From contig CAKPLZ010000003.1 in NCBI GenBank assembly GCA_934167835.1, positions 11,426-75,425 on the forward strand: 64,000 nt of DNA, written 5' to 3'. A program made the position numbers and the translations under genes. Positions 51,177 to 62,579 of the stretch are shown one piece after another. The notes below the pieces were generated by a model, which did not search any database, was not told where the DNA came from, and worked only from the letters and a program-made list of their open reading frames with translations. Every line of letters begins with the position of its first letter. Position 1 is the stretch's first letter. This stretch comes from an uncultured Clostridia bacterium (GTDB lineage: Bacteria > Bacillota > Clostridia > TANB77 > CAG-508).

Positions 51177-53042
51177 TTATAGCATTATATTATTAAATTG
51201 TATTCCATTTTTTTCCATTATTTCTTTTTCTCTATTTGAACATGTAAATATAATTATTTGATTTTCTTTAAATTCTTCGTTTATGTATTTCAATATATTT
51301 TCTAATCTTTTATTATCATAATAAGCAAAAGCCTCATCTAGGATTATTGGCATTTTTTCTTGTGTTACTTCTTGCAATGCAGATAATCTAAGAGATAAAT
51401 ATAATTGATCTATTGTGCCTATGCTTAATTTATTACTATTTATATAATCTCCATTTTCTAGTTCAACTACCAAACCTTCTCCATCTATAAATTTAACTCT
51501 ACTATATTTATTAGAAGAAACTTTTTTTGCGATTTCTGATAGATTATTTGTAAACTTAGGTGTTATTTCATTTTTCATTCTTTCATAGGCTCTCTCCATT
51601 GCTTCTTTTGCTATATTTATTGCCTTATCAATTCCTAAAATTTCCCTTTTTTCTTCTAAAGAATTTTGCAATTCTTCTTGAATTTTAGCCTTTTCTTCTG
51701 ATTTTTTTAGAATATTATTATAATCAATTTCATTTGTATGTAACTGTAGTTTTAAACTTGAAATTCCGTTCTCAAGTTCTTGTTCTATATTTAGCAATTT
51801 ACTATTTTCTTCATATAATAAATAATTAATTTCATCTTCATCTATTTTATTTTTAAATTCATTCTTTAAATCTAAATTTTCTGAATTTATTTTATTATTT
51901 TTTTCTGAATTTAATTCGTTTATATTTTTTTGTATTTTTTCTATATTTTCTTCTGCAGTTTTTATTTCTAATAAATATTTTTTTTCATTTTCTTTTTTTA
52001 TTTTATCTATTTTTTCATTTTTTATTTTTTTAGAGAAAAATATTCCAAAAATAATTATACTAATTAAACCAAAAATTATTTTAATTAAATTATCTGTTTT
52101 AAAAATAAATAAAAATAAATTAATTAAAATTAATATTATAAAAAATGCTAAAAAAATCCAATAATTATTTTTATTTTTTTCCATTTTTTCAGAATTAATT
52201 TTATTTTTTACATTATTTATTTTGATTTTTTCATTTTCTAACATTTCATTATTAATTTTTATTTTCTCATCTTGAACATTTAGATTTGTATTTCTTTGCA
52301 TAACCTTTTTGACTAGCTTAAGTTGTGTTTCTTTTTCATCTATCTGTCTATTGATGATTTGTTGTCTTTTTTCCAAAATGTTTTTTTGCTCATCACTATT
52401 ACCTATGTTTCTTTGTTTTTGTTCTAATTCTTCGATCTTGTCGTTAATAACGTTTAATGGTCTACCTACGGTTCTTAGGCTTCCTACCTCTTCTAGTTGC
52501 TTTTTGCTTAGGGTTTGAATTGTCTTTTTGTATGACACGTTTTCTTCTCCTGTTGATATCATATTGGCAATTTTTTGCACTAGAAAATTTTGGTCATTAT
52601 TATCTAATACAACTTCTTTTTGTTCTGCTACAGAAGTTGACAAAAAGGTTGGTTCATCAATTTCTGTTTGTTCATAAAAGAATTCACTGCCTTTTGTTTT
52701 ATCTATGTTAAAATCTTTAGAAATATCTTCTCCATTTTTGAATATTTTTGGATTTTTTTTATTAAAATCTCTAAACACTTCATAATTTTCATTATTATCT
52801 AAATTATAATTTATTTTTCCAGAAAATTCTTTTTCTTGCCATGGTTTATATCTTTCTAAATCAGAAAATTCTTTTTTATTTTTATTTTTTGAAACTCCAA
52901 AAAATATTCCTGAAATAAATTTTAGTAAAGTAGTTTTTCCTGCTTCATTTTCTCCATAAATTAAATTAATATTACTATTTAATTTTATTTCTTTATTTTC
53001 CAGTTTTCCAAATCCATTTATTTTTAAATTATTTATTTTCAA
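51177..53042 (-). CDS. SbcC/Rad50-like AAA ATPase with central TM segment (YhaN-like)
   Basis: N-terminal Walker A GENEAGKTT; C-terminal signature/Walker B LSIGTIDQLYLSLRL...PIILDEAF; extremely K/N/E-rich coiled-coil middle. Confidence 0.65.
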   Translation of the reverse strand: MKINNLKINGFGKLENKEIKLNSNINLIYGENEAGKTTLLKFISGIFFGVSKNKNKKEFSDLERYKPWQEKEFSGKINYNLDNNENYEVFRDFNKKNPKIFKNGEDISKDFNIDKTKGSEFFYEQTEIDEPTFLSTSVAEQKEVVLDNNDQNFLVQKIANMISTGEENVSYKKTIQTLSKKQLEEVGSLRTVGRPLNVINDKIEELEQKQRNIGNSDEQKNILEKRQQIINRQIDEKETQLKLVKKVMQRNTNLNVQDEKIKINNEMLENEKIKINNVKNKINSEKMEKNKNNYWIFLAFFIILILINLFLFIFKTDNLIKIIFGLISIIIFGIFFSKKIKNEKIDKIKKENEKKYLLEIKTAEENIEKIQKNINELNSEKNNKINSENLDLKNEFKNKIDEDEINYLLYEENSKLLNIEQELENGISSLKLQLHTNEIDYNNILKKSEEKAKIQEELQNSLEEKREILGIDKAINIAKEAMERAYERMKNEITPKFTNNLSEIAKKVSSNKYSRVKFIDGEGLVVELENGDYINSNKLSIGTIDQLYLSLRLSALQEVTQEKMPIILDEAFAYYDNKRLENILKYINEEFKENQIIIFTCSNREKEIMEKNGIQFNNIML

Positions 53043-53056
53043 ATTATCACCTCATT

Positions 53057-54118
53057 TTAAATTGATTGCAATCCTATTTCAATTGCCTTTTCAATTTCTT
53101 CCTCTGTATAATTATTTTCTTTTTTTATTTTTTCTATTTCTTGTAAGAAATAGCTTTTTAAATTATTTTCTTTTTTTATTTTTTCAAAATCAATTTTTAT
53201 TTTTGATGTGTCTTTTATTTTTAAAATATTTTTATTTAAAATATTTTTTAATAATTTATTTGTATTTATTTCAAAATTTTTATTTCCCTCTAATATTATT
53301 TTATAATATTTATTTTCATCTAAATTAATTAAATTTAATTTTTCAATTAATTCTTCTTCTGAAAATATTTCAGAAATATTTAGGTAATTTTCTGCAAATT
53401 CTTTTTCATCCATTTTTTCGAAATTAATTTCTAATTTATTTTTTTCTAATGTAACACAATACATTCCATGTTCACCTTGTTCATCAAAGCCAAATGAAAT
53501 TGTTGAACCTGGATATGCAATATTTCCAAATATTTCCTTTTTATGGATATGTCCAAGTGCCACATAGTCAAATCCAAGTGCATTTATTTGTTGTTCGTTT
53601 ATAGGGTTGTACTGTAATTCAGAATTGTTACTTGCATTTAAGTCCCCATGTGTTATTAATATATTTAATTTGTTTTTATTTTCTATTTTTATTTCATTTA
53701 TTTTTGAATTATTTAAATAAAAATCATCAAATCCATATCCATATATGTCTACTTCTTCAAATTCATATTTTGTTATCTCAGAATTAAATATATATACATT
53801 TTCGTTCCAATTAAAATTATTATAATAAGAATTTTTTAAAATTGGATCATGATTTCCTGGTGCTATAAATATTTTTGTTTCTGGTATTTCTTTAAATAAA
53901 TTGTTTATAAATTCTATTGTTGTTTGTCTTACATATTGGTGTTCATATAAATCTCCTGCTATAAATAAATATTCTATTTTTTCGTTTTTTATTTTTTCTA
54001 TTATTTTTTTAAATACTTTTCTTTGATCTAATCTTCTTTGTTCTCCAAAATTTTCTTGTGTACTTAATAATGAAAATGGACTATCAAAGTGCATGTCTGC
54101 AATATGTAAAAATCTCAT
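53057..54118 (-). CDS. metallophosphoesterase, SbcD/Mre11-like nuclease (YhaO-like)
   Basis: LHIADMHFD, AGDLYEH, GNHDP calcineurin-like motifs; paired with SbcC-like gene. Confidence 0.7.
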   Translation of the reverse strand: MRFLHIADMHFDSPFSLLSTQENFGEQRRLDQRKVFKKIIEKIKNEKIEYLFIAGDLYEHQYVRQTTIEFINNLFKEIPETKIFIAPGNHDPILKNSYYNNFNWNENVYIFNSEITKYEFEEVDIYGYGFDDFYLNNSKINEIKIENKNKLNILITHGDLNASNNSELQYNPINEQQINALGFDYVALGHIHKKEIFGNIAYPGSTISFGFDEQGEHGMYCVTLEKNKLEINFEKMDEKEFAENYLNISEIFSEEELIEKLNLINLDENKYYKIILEGNKNFEINTNKLLKNILNKNILKIKDTSKIKIDFEKIKKENNLKSYFLQEIEKIKKENNYTEEEIEKAIEIGLQSI

Positions 54119-54168
54119 TCTTTCTCCTCTTTTCTATTTTTTCCTATTTTTTGCTATTTTATTTGAAT

Positions 54169-54735
54169 TTATATATTTCCATTTTTTATTAGCCAATTTC
54201 TAGCTATAATACTATCTGGGTGCATACTTGCTTTTTTCTCAATCTGTAACATTATTTTTTTATCAATAATATATAATACTGCTTTATCTATATTATCATT
54301 CAATAATTGATTTAAATATTCTATGTCTGAAAACCCACGTTCTTTGCTTGTTCTATCTGCTATAAATAAAATTTTATCAAGCATACTCATGTTTTCTATT
54401 CCTGTTGTATGAGCTCTAATTGCTTGAGCCATTTCCTTTGTAAATCCTAATTCTTTTATTGCTATGTCTTGTCCAATTTTCGCATGCAATAATCCAGGAT
54501 TTTCTCTTTCGATTTCATCAATTTTTATATTATTCTCTTCAACATATTTTAGCTTTTCTTCATTTGGGATTTCTTTTGCAATATCATGAGCAATTCCAAC
54601 TTTGGCCGCAATTTGTTCATCATATCCCATTTTTTTTGCAATTTCTACTGCGCGTTCCATTACGCAGTAGCTGTGGTAAAATCTTTTTTCAGATAATCTT
54701 TTTTTTACATTTTCTATTAATTTTTCTAATTCCAT
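54169..54735 (-). CDS. yqeK: HD-domain bis(5'-nucleosyl)-tetraphosphatase YqeK
   Basis: HSYCVMERA...IAHDIAK HD motif; 188 aa. Confidence 0.75.
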   Translation of the reverse strand: MELEKLIENVKKRLSEKRFYHSYCVMERAVEIAKKMGYDEQIAAKVGIAHDIAKEIPNEEKLKYVEENNIKIDEIERENPGLLHAKIGQDIAIKELGFTKEMAQAIRAHTTGIENMSMLDKILFIADRTSKERGFSDIEYLNQLLNDNIDKAVLYIIDKKIMLQIEKKASMHPDSIIARNWLIKNGNI

Positions 54736-54748
54736 TTTATTTTCCTTT

Positions 54749-55795
54749 CTAATATGCTAAACTGATTAATTTATCCAATAATTCTGTATATTTCATTCCA
54801 GATTTTTCCCATAATTTAGGATACATACTTATTTGAGTAAATCCTGGCATGGTGTTTATTTCATTAATATATATTTTATTGTTTTTATCGTCCACAAAAA
54901 AATCCACTCTTGATAAGCCTTTGCAATCTGCTGCTTTATATGCTTTTTTAGCTAAGTTTCTAACTTCATTACTTAATTTTTCTGGTAAATCTGCTGGCAT
55001 TACTGTTTTTGATTCTTGATTTTGATATTTTGCACTAAATGTATAAAATTCCTCTGCTGCTAATATTTCTCCTAAGCAAGATGCTTCTACTTCCTCATTT
55101 CCTAGTACTGCACATTCAATTTCTCTTCCGTTTATTTTCTCTTCAATTAATATTTTATTATCATAATTGCTTGCATATTCTATTGCTTTTGCAAGTTCTA
55201 AAGCGTTATTTGCCCTATTTATACCTACTGATGAACCTGAATTTGATGGTTTTATAAACATTGGAAATTCTATTTTTTCTGTTATTTTTTGAATTAATTC
55301 ATAAATATCGCATTTTTCTTCTGTAAAATCTTTTTCTATAAAAATATAATCATCTTCATTTTTTCTTATATATACATACTCTGCTTGTGGGATTTCGGCT
55401 TTTTCAAAGATTAGCTTTGTATATGCTTTATCCATACAAATACTTGAGCCTAATACTCTTGTTCCAACATAAGGTATTTTTAATAATTCAAGTAATCCTT
55501 GAATTGTTCCATCTTCCCCTCCTAAGCCATGAAGAACTGGAAATACTTTATCTAATTTTTTTAGATATTCACAAATATTTTCTATTTTTTCTTTTCCTAT
55601 TATTTCATCTCCAACTTTGAATTCTTGGTTTTGATATGTATATTTAAACCATTCTCCATTTTTATTAATATAAATAGGATATATTTCATATTTTTCTTTA
55701 TTTAAATTTTTTATTACAGATGTACCTGATACTATAGATACTTCATGTTCTGTTGAAGTTCCACCAAAAATTACACCTAATTTTATTTTTTCCAT
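54749..55795 (-). CDS. ddl: D-alanine--D-alanine ligase
   Basis: KLGVIFGGTSTEHEVSIVSG N-terminus, ATP-grasp; adjacent murF. Confidence 0.9.
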   Translation of the reverse strand: MEKIKLGVIFGGTSTEHEVSIVSGTSVIKNLNKEKYEIYPIYINKNGEWFKYTYQNQEFKVGDEIIGKEKIENICEYLKKLDKVFPVLHGLGGEDGTIQGLLELLKIPYVGTRVLGSSICMDKAYTKLIFEKAEIPQAEYVYIRKNEDDYIFIEKDFTEEKCDIYELIQKITEKIEFPMFIKPSNSGSSVGINRANNALELAKAIEYASNYDNKILIEEKINGREIECAVLGNEEVEASCLGEILAAEEFYTFSAKYQNQESKTVMPADLPEKLSNEVRNLAKKAYKAADCKGLSRVDFFVDDKNNKIYINEINTMPGFTQISMYPKLWEKSGMKYTELLDKLISLAY

Positions 55796-57183
55796 AATTT
55801 CTCTCCTTCTAAAACTTTTGCAATTTCTGCAAAATTCATTCGGTTTGATGCTTTTAGCAAAATTGCATCTTCCTTTTTGACAATATTGGTAATTTCTCTA
55901 ATACACTCCTCATTTGTATCAAATTCATATACTTCTTTAGTCCCTAACGCTCTAGCTTCTTTAGCAATGTCTTTTGAAAGGGTTCCTACTGTAAGTAATG
56001 CATCTATTTTATTTTTTGCAACCTCTTCTCCAACTTTTCTGTGTAACATTTCTGAATATTCACCAAGTTCCAACATATCTCCCAATATTGCTATTTTTCT
56101 TTTGGCTTCAATGTGTGATAGAACTTCTAAGCTTGCTTTCATTGAATCATAACTTGCATTATAATAATCATTTATTATTTTTAAATTGTTTATTTCATTT
56201 ATTTTATTTCTATTTCCCGTGATTTCGAATTTTTTAATTCCTGCTAATATTTTTTCATTTTCAATATCTAGTATTTTTCCTATGGCAATACTGCACAAAC
56301 TGTTGTAAATAAAATGCTCTCCTGCAATTGGTACAAATACTGTATATTCTTTATTTTCTAATTTTATTTTAAATTCTGAATTTAATTCATTTTGGCTTAT
56401 ATTATAGGCCATAAAATCACTTTTATTTATTATTCCATAAGTTATTTTTTTATATTCTTCTAAATCACAATTGTGTAGTAAGTCATTATCATTATTGATA
56501 ACTACTATACCATTTTTACTTAATCCTTCTAAAATTTCTAGTTTTGCTTTTAATATATTTTCTCTTGAACCAAGTAATCCTATATGTGCTGTCCCTATAT
56601 TTGTAATTACTGCTATCGTTGGTTTTGCGATATTGGTTAAAATTTTCAATTCTCCAAAGTGATTCATTCCCATTTCCACTACTGCAGCTTCAGTGTTTTT
56701 ATCCCAGCTTAAAATTGTAAGGGGAACTCCTATATGGTTATTATAGTTTCCTTGTGTTTTTGAAACATTAAATTTTTGTTCTAAAACACTTGCAACCATT
56801 TCCTTCGTGCTTGTTTTTCCAACACTTCCTGTGATTGCTACAACAGGAATATCATATAAACTTCTCTTATATTCTGCAATTTTCTGTATTGTTTTTACTA
56901 CATCCTGAACTTTTATTAATAATTTTTCTGAATATTTTTTTACTATTTTTTCTGGGATTTCACAATCGGTAATTACGCCCATTGCGCCTTTTTCTAATGC
57001 TTCTTCTATGTATTGTATTTGATTATTATTTACTTCACTTTTAAAAGAAATAAATAAATCATCTTTTTTTATTTTTCTTGTATCACTACAAAATGTTTTT
57101 ACTGTGGATGCTGTACCCATTGATATTGCTGTATTTTCGCATATTTCCACTATTTTATCCACAGGTATATTTTTGTTTTTCAT
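55783..57183 (-). CDS. murF: UDP-N-acetylmuramoyl-tripeptide--D-alanyl-D-alanine ligase
   Basis: Mur ligase P-loop ITGSVGKTSTKE; 466 aa. Confidence 0.9.
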   Translation of the reverse strand: MKNKNIPVDKIVEICENTAISMGTASTVKTFCSDTRKIKKDDLFISFKSEVNNNQIQYIEEALEKGAMGVITDCEIPEKIVKKYSEKLLIKVQDVVKTIQKIAEYKRSLYDIPVVAITGSVGKTSTKEMVASVLEQKFNVSKTQGNYNNHIGVPLTILSWDKNTEAAVVEMGMNHFGELKILTNIAKPTIAVITNIGTAHIGLLGSRENILKAKLEILEGLSKNGIVVINNDNDLLHNCDLEEYKKITYGIINKSDFMAYNISQNELNSEFKIKLENKEYTVFVPIAGEHFIYNSLCSIAIGKILDIENEKILAGIKKFEITGNRNKINEINNLKIINDYYNASYDSMKASLEVLSHIEAKRKIAILGDMLELGEYSEMLHRKVGEEVAKNKIDALLTVGTLSKDIAKEARALGTKEVYEFDTNEECIREITNIVKKEDAILLKASNRMNFAEIAKVLEGEKLWKK

Positions 57184-57340
57184 AATATTTCTCCCTAAAT
57201 TAATATATTTATTTTATTTTTTTATGTTACTATTTTATACCATTTTTTATGATTTTTAAATAGTTTCTTGTTTTTTTTGAAAAAAAATTATTTACAAACA
57301 TTAAGAAAAGTTGTATATTAGAAGAGAAAGAGGGATTTTT

Positions 57341-58051
57341 ATGCAAAGAATGTTAAGCTATATTAGAAAAGCTGTTGATGATTATAATATGATAGAAGAT
57401 GGAGATAAAATTGCGGTAGGTTTATCTGGTGGCAAAGATTCAATTACTTTACTTATGGGACTTAAAGCTCTACAAAGATTTTACGAAAAAAAATTTGAGG
57501 TTATTGCTATTAGTATTAATCCTGGTTTTGATTTTTTTAACAGTGATTTTTTAAAAAATACTTGTGAAAAAATAGGTGTTCAATTTGTCGAGGAAAAAAC
57601 TCACATTAAAGAAATCGTTTTTGATATTAGAAACGAAAAAAATCCATGTTCATTATGTGCTAATTTAAGAAGGGGAATTTTAAATAGTGTAGCAATTCGT
57701 GAGGGTTGCAATAAAATTGCTTTAGGGCATAATGAAGATGATGTTTTAGAAACATTTTTTTTGAATTTATTATATGGTGGTTCAATTGGCACATTTGCTC
57801 CAAAAAGCTATATGGATAGGTCTGGTATTACACTAATTAGACCATTAATATATGCTCCTGAAAAATCTATTAAAACATTTGTAAAAAAACAAGGAATTGA
57901 AGTAATGCCTAAGTGTTGCCCTATGGATGGTGTTTCAAAAAGGGAAGATATAAAGAATTTAATTTATTCATTACAAAAAGATATTCCAAATGTAAAAACA
58001 AATATTTATGGTGCAATTAAGAGAAGTAATATTAAGGGATGGGAAAAATAA
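57341..58051 (+). CDS. ttcA: PP-loop ATPase of the TtcA family (tRNA 2-thiocytidine synthetase-like)
   Basis: SGGKDS PP-loop plus CxxC pairs NPCSLCAN and PKCCPMDG; start at MQRML with AGAGGGA RBS. Confidence 0.7.
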   Translation: MQRMLSYIRKAVDDYNMIEDGDKIAVGLSGGKDSITLLMGLKALQRFYEKKFEVIAISINPGFDFFNSDFLKNTCEKIGVQFVEEKTHIKEIVFDIRNEKNPCSLCANLRRGILNSVAIREGCNKIALGHNEDDVLETFFLNLLYGGSIGTFAPKSYMDRSGITLIRPLIYAPEKSIKTFVKKQGIEVMPKCCPMDGVSKREDIKNLIYSLQKDIPNVKTNIYGAIKRSNIKGWEK

Positions 58052-58087
58052 GAATAAGCCAAGAGCAATGTAGCTCTTGGCCATTTT

Positions 58088-59815
58088 TTATTTTGTATAT
58101 GCTTTCATTGCTTCAGTTAAATCCATTAAATCTTTTTCTGCATTTTCTAAACTATCACCACGAACTCCCATATAGAATTTAATTTTTGGTTCTGTTCCTG
58201 ATGGTCTTACTGCACACCAACAATCGTTTTCTAGGGTATATCTTAAAACATTTGATTTTGGTAAATCTAATTTTGTTTCTGTACCTGTTAGTAAATCTTT
58301 TTCTATTCCTGCATTGCAATCCATTATTTTAAGGACTTTATATTTACCTATATTTTCTGGTGGATTGTTTCTCATTGTTCTCATCATTTCTTGTATTTTC
58401 TCAGCACCTGCAGCTCCTTCTAATACAACTGGTATTTGTCCTTCTCTATAGTATCCATATTTTTCATACATTTTTTGAATTGCATCCCATAATGTCATTC
58501 CTCTATTTTTATAATATGCTGCTATTTCACAAAGAAGCATTACAGCTATAATACCATCTTTATCTCTTGCATGTGTTCCAATTAAACAACCATAGCTTTC
58601 TTCAAATCCCATTATACAGTTATGGCTATTATTTTGTTCAAATTGTCTTATTCTTGCTGCAATATTTTTAAATCCTGTTAAAGCTAGGAATAGCTCTACT
58701 CCGTAGTATTCACAGATTCTATCTGTCATATTTGATGATACTATTGTTTTAATTAATGCTGGATTTTTAGGTAATATTCCCTTTTCTTTCTTTTGTGAGA
58801 TTAGATATTCTGCAATTGTTAATCCTATCATATTTCCATTGAATAATATGTATTTTCCTGTTTTACTGTCTTTTATATGAAGTCCTATTCTATCTGCATC
58901 TGGGTCGTTTGCTAATACTATGTCAGCATCAACTTCTTTTGCCAAATTCAAAGCATATTCAAATGCTTTTGGATCTTCTGGGTTTGGATAACTTACAGTT
59001 GGGAAGTTTCCATCTGGCATTTCTTGTTCTTTTACTATGTGAACATTTTTATATCCTAATTCGTTAAATAGTTTTTTAACTAGTCTTCCACCAGTTCCAT
59101 GTAGTGGAGTATAAACAATTTTTAGGCTTTCAGCAGCTTTTTTGATGTCTTCCGGATTTAATGTATTTTTCTTTAACTCAGTTAGATATAATTCATCAAA
59201 ATCTGGGCTGATGACATTGTATAAACCTTTTGCTATTGCTTCTTCTTTTGATATTGTTTTTATTTTTGAAAAATCAGTAATTCCATTTACTTTTGCAATT
59301 ATTTCTGCATCTATTGGCTCTGTTATTTGTGCTCCATCTTCCCAATATACTTTATATCCATTATATTTGGGTGGATTATGGCTTGCTGTTACTACTATCC
59401 CTGATATACATCCTAATTTTCTTACGGCAAATGATAATTCAGGAGTTGGCCTTAATGATTCAAATATATAAGTTTTTACGCCATTTGCATTAAGTATTAA
59501 TGCGGCTAGTTCGCTAAATTCCGTAGATTTGTGGCGAGAGTCATAAGCTATGGCAACACCTTTATCTTGGCCACCCTTAGATACAATATATTCAGCTAAA
59601 CCTTGTGATGCCTTTCCAACTGTGTATTTATTCATTCTATTTGTTCCTGCTCCAACAATGCCTCTTAATCCAGCTGTTCCAAATTCTAAGTCTTTATAGA
59701 AACTATCTTTTTTTTCTATTTCATTATCCTTCATTTCTAATAATTCTTTTTTTGTTTCTTCATCAAACACTGGATTATTTACCCATTCTTCATATTTTTC
59801 TTGATATTTTTCCAT
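58088..59815 (-). CDS. pgcA: phosphoglucomutase / phosphomannomutase (alpha-D-phosphohexomutase family)
   Basis: Active-site GIVVTASHNPPKYNGYK; Mg loop DPDADR; 575 aa. Confidence 0.85.
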   Translation of the reverse strand: MEKYQEKYEEWVNNPVFDEETKKELLEMKDNEIEKKDSFYKDLEFGTAGLRGIVGAGTNRMNKYTVGKASQGLAEYIVSKGGQDKGVAIAYDSRHKSTEFSELAALILNANGVKTYIFESLRPTPELSFAVRKLGCISGIVVTASHNPPKYNGYKVYWEDGAQITEPIDAEIIAKVNGITDFSKIKTISKEEAIAKGLYNVISPDFDELYLTELKKNTLNPEDIKKAAESLKIVYTPLHGTGGRLVKKLFNELGYKNVHIVKEQEMPDGNFPTVSYPNPEDPKAFEYALNLAKEVDADIVLANDPDADRIGLHIKDSKTGKYILFNGNMIGLTIAEYLISQKKEKGILPKNPALIKTIVSSNMTDRICEYYGVELFLALTGFKNIAARIRQFEQNNSHNCIMGFEESYGCLIGTHARDKDGIIAVMLLCEIAAYYKNRGMTLWDAIQKMYEKYGYYREGQIPVVLEGAAGAEKIQEMMRTMRNNPPENIGKYKVLKIMDCNAGIEKDLLTGTETKLDLPKSNVLRYTLENDCWCAVRPSGTEPKIKFYMGVRGDSLENAEKDLMDLTEAMKAYTK

Positions 59816-59816
59816 T

Positions 59817-61061
59817 TTATCCTCCTATTTTTTTATTATATTCATTAAATAATTTTATTGCTGTTTCTGGACTATCTTCACCATTTTTATTTTTTACAGG
59901 TGCAAATTCATCTTCTCTTTTTCCTCTTAAAATTTCCATATTTTCTAGCTTTTCAAAACTATCAAAGATGAATGTTTCAAATTTATAACAATTTGGTTCT
60001 TTTCCTTCTATAATCTCACCCTTCTCATTCATGTATGTTGCTTTTTTAAATGCAGTATGATATGGTAACTCATCTGCTCCAATTTTTTCTATTGCTTTCA
60101 TGTTGAATAAATTACAATTAATATGTGATTCGCCAAAAACTAGCTCTCCATCTTTATTTCTTTCTTCTGACATTTCTTTGCTAATTTCAGTATATTCCAC
60201 AACACTTGGTCTTCCATTTCTTTTGCAGAATACTCCAACTTTTTCCTCTGGACTTGATTTGACAATTGATTTTCCAACTGCCAAAACATTTTTTGTTACT
60301 CCATACCCAATTGCAACTTCATCTACCATTTGAACTAATGGATTATCAACTGGACCTATAAATACCCACTCGACATTTCTTTTTTGCATGTCATCAACAA
60401 TGTTATTCTTAAACATTGCTTCAAAAATGCCTCCATGGCCATTTGCAGCTTGTTTAATAAGCCCTTTTTCAGTTCTTATAATTTTGCCTTGTTTATCTAT
60501 CATTGGTATTTGGCTTTGAATAAAGAATTTAATATCATTTTTTGGATAACCAAAATAGTTATTTTTTTCAAAAAACTCTTTTGTTTCTGAGTTGTTTTCT
60601 TTACTTGTCATTATATACCATGGAATAATTATATTATATTTTTCTTTTATTACTTTCAATTTATCACAGAATATCTCGAATAAGGATTTTGCTGGATTTA
60701 GGTTTAACACAAATGTTCCTTTAGGTCCATCATGACCTAACCTTGTTCCTTGTCCACCAGCCATTGTAACTACGGCAAATCCGTTTTTTCTAATAATACT
60801 CTCTCCAACACCTCTTAATGCTTCCAACTCTTCTTGTGTTAATTTTGATTTATCACAAAAATCAATAGGCGTAATTTCATCATGATTTTCTTGTGGTTTT
60901 TCAATATTTTTAAATAAATTACTTAATAAATCAAAGTTTGTTTCTAAAATTTGGTCTAATAACTCTTCTTTTTCCTGCTTATTTAGCTCTTCATAAGCTC
61001 CTAGCAAATGTTCTTGATGAACCCTTTTTAAAATTTCTTGTGCTTGACCTATTTTGTCCAA
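59817..61061 (-). CDS. UDPGP-family (eukaryotic-type UDP-sugar / UDP-N-acetylhexosamine) pyrophosphorylase
   Basis: MAGGQGTRLG signature; 414 aa. Confidence 0.75.
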   Translation of the reverse strand: MDKIGQAQEILKRVHQEHLLGAYEELNKQEKEELLDQILETNFDLLSNLFKNIEKPQENHDEITPIDFCDKSKLTQEELEALRGVGESIIRKNGFAVVTMAGGQGTRLGHDGPKGTFVLNLNPAKSLFEIFCDKLKVIKEKYNIIIPWYIMTSKENNSETKEFFEKNNYFGYPKNDIKFFIQSQIPMIDKQGKIIRTEKGLIKQAANGHGGIFEAMFKNNIVDDMQKRNVEWVFIGPVDNPLVQMVDEVAIGYGVTKNVLAVGKSIVKSSPEEKVGVFCKRNGRPSVVEYTEISKEMSEERNKDGELVFGESHINCNLFNMKAIEKIGADELPYHTAFKKATYMNEKGEIIEGKEPNCYKFETFIFDSFEKLENMEILRGKREDEFAPVKNKNGEDSPETAIKLFNEYNKKIGG

Positions 61062-61277
61062 AAAAAATCCCTCCTTTTTGATATATGATAATATATATCA
61101 AAATGAGGGATTAGTCAAGGGATATGGCTTAAAACTATTAGTTTTTCTGAAAAAACTGCATCATTTTATGCCTTTAAAATTTCACTATTCTTTTTATATC
61201 CCTCAAATACATCTTCTATTTTATGTTCTCCAGCAGTGTTAAAAATTGCCTGATGATTATCTAGAATCTCTTTGATA

Positions 61278-61715
61278 TTATCGTTGAAACTCCCGAACTT
61301 CATAAAAATTAATAATTTTTATACAATTTTTTTCAATCTTTTTATTAAATTTATCAGCAAATCTGTCTAGTTCTTCATTTATAATATTTATATAATTTGT
61401 ATTACCATTAACTATTATTAAATTTTTTCCTTTTTTATTTATTTGATTTTTTAATGATTTTTCTAAATTAATATATTTAGTTTGATTAATTGATTGTTTC
61501 CAATTTATATTTAAAAGTTCTTTTTTTCTTTCTTCTGATATTAATAATTTTGATAAAACTAGTTCTATGTTTGTAGTAAAATCTGTTTCAAAAAATGTTA
61601 TTATTGAAGTTTTTTCTTCCACTTGTTTATTTACAAATGGCAAAATCATTGTTGCAAAATGTATATTGCTTACATAAAAACTACACACCTTTTGTGTACT
61701 ACCTGTTTCTTTCAT
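61278..61715 (-). CDS. hypothetical protein (145 aa)
   Basis: ORF only. Confidence 0.4.
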   Translation of the reverse strand: MKETGSTQKVCSFYVSNIHFATMILPFVNKQVEEKTSIITFFETDFTTNIELVLSKLLISEERKKELLNINWKQSINQTKYINLEKSLKNQINKKGKNLIIVNGNTNYINIINEELDRFADKFNKKIEKNCIKIINFYEVREFQR

Positions 61716-61940
61716 ACTAGTTCCTCCTCAAGTTTTTCTACTGGTAAATTTTACCATTTATTTATATGAAAGTCAACAAAAATCGTACGCCTAAATTCGA
61801 CAAAGTCTACGTTTTTAGGCATTTTATTTATTAGTTTCACTCCTCCTTATATTCAGAATTGTGCTATTTTGAATATTTTTTAAAATTTGGTTAATAATTT
61901 ATTTAAAGAAAATTTTTGACATTTTTATTTAGGAGGTTTT

Positions 61941-62579
61941 ATGAAAATAAACTTAAAAAGATTTTTGTTGTTATTTTTATTATTATTTTTATATATTTTT
62001 ATTTCTGCAATATCTTATACTAATGCAGTCAGTCAAGACATTTCTAGTGCAGTTTTTCGTTTGCATGTTTTAGCTAATAGTGATAGTCAAGAAGATCAAA
62101 ATTTAAAATATCTTGTTCGCGATAATATTTTAAATTATATTCAGGAAATAAGTAACGGTATTACCTCTAAATCTGAAATCATTGAAATAATTAAGTCCCA
62201 TTCTTCTGAAATTCATGAAATTGCCACTAAAACAATAGAAGAAAATGGTTACAATTATCCAGTTAGTATAAGCATTGGTAATTTTGCATTTCCAACAAAA
62301 AAGTATGGTGATATTACACTTCCTGCTGGTCTTTATGATGCTGTAAGAGTAGAAATTGGTTCTGCAAAGGGGCAAAACTGGTGGTGTGTAATGTTCCCTC
62401 CTCTTTGTTTTGTCGATACTACTTCTGGAATAGTCCCTGAAAACTCAAAAAAGCTTATTCAGGATAATTTATCCCAAGAAGAATATAATTTAATTTCAAA
62501 GGATACATCAAGCGTAAAAGTTAAATTTAAAATCATAGAGCTATTGCAAAATTTCACTATAAGTGGTATATTTATGTAG
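61941..62579 (+). CDS. spoIIR: stage II sporulation protein R
   Basis: Signal peptide plus RLHVLANSDSQEDQ signature. Confidence 0.85.
   Translation: MKINLKRFLLLFLLLFLYIFISAISYTNAVSQDISSAVFRLHVLANSDSQEDQNLKYLVRDNILNYIQEISNGITSKSEIIEIIKSHSSEIHEIATKTIEENGYNYPVSISIGNFAFPTKKYGDITLPAGLYDAVRVEIGSAKGQNWWCVMFPPLCFVDTTSGIVPENSKKLIQDNLSQEEYNLISKDTSSVKVKFKIIELLQNFTISGIFM

Noticed and set aside
51800-53300. Highly repetitive A/T-rich stretch (attttatttttt-like units) as a possible tandem repeat or CRISPR-like array
   Set aside because: The units are irregular, with no fixed repeat or spacer periodicity. They encode the K/N/E-rich coiled-coil of the SbcC-like protein and the N/K-rich tail of the SbcD-like protein. 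No CRISPR-like repeat structure or cas genes are present.
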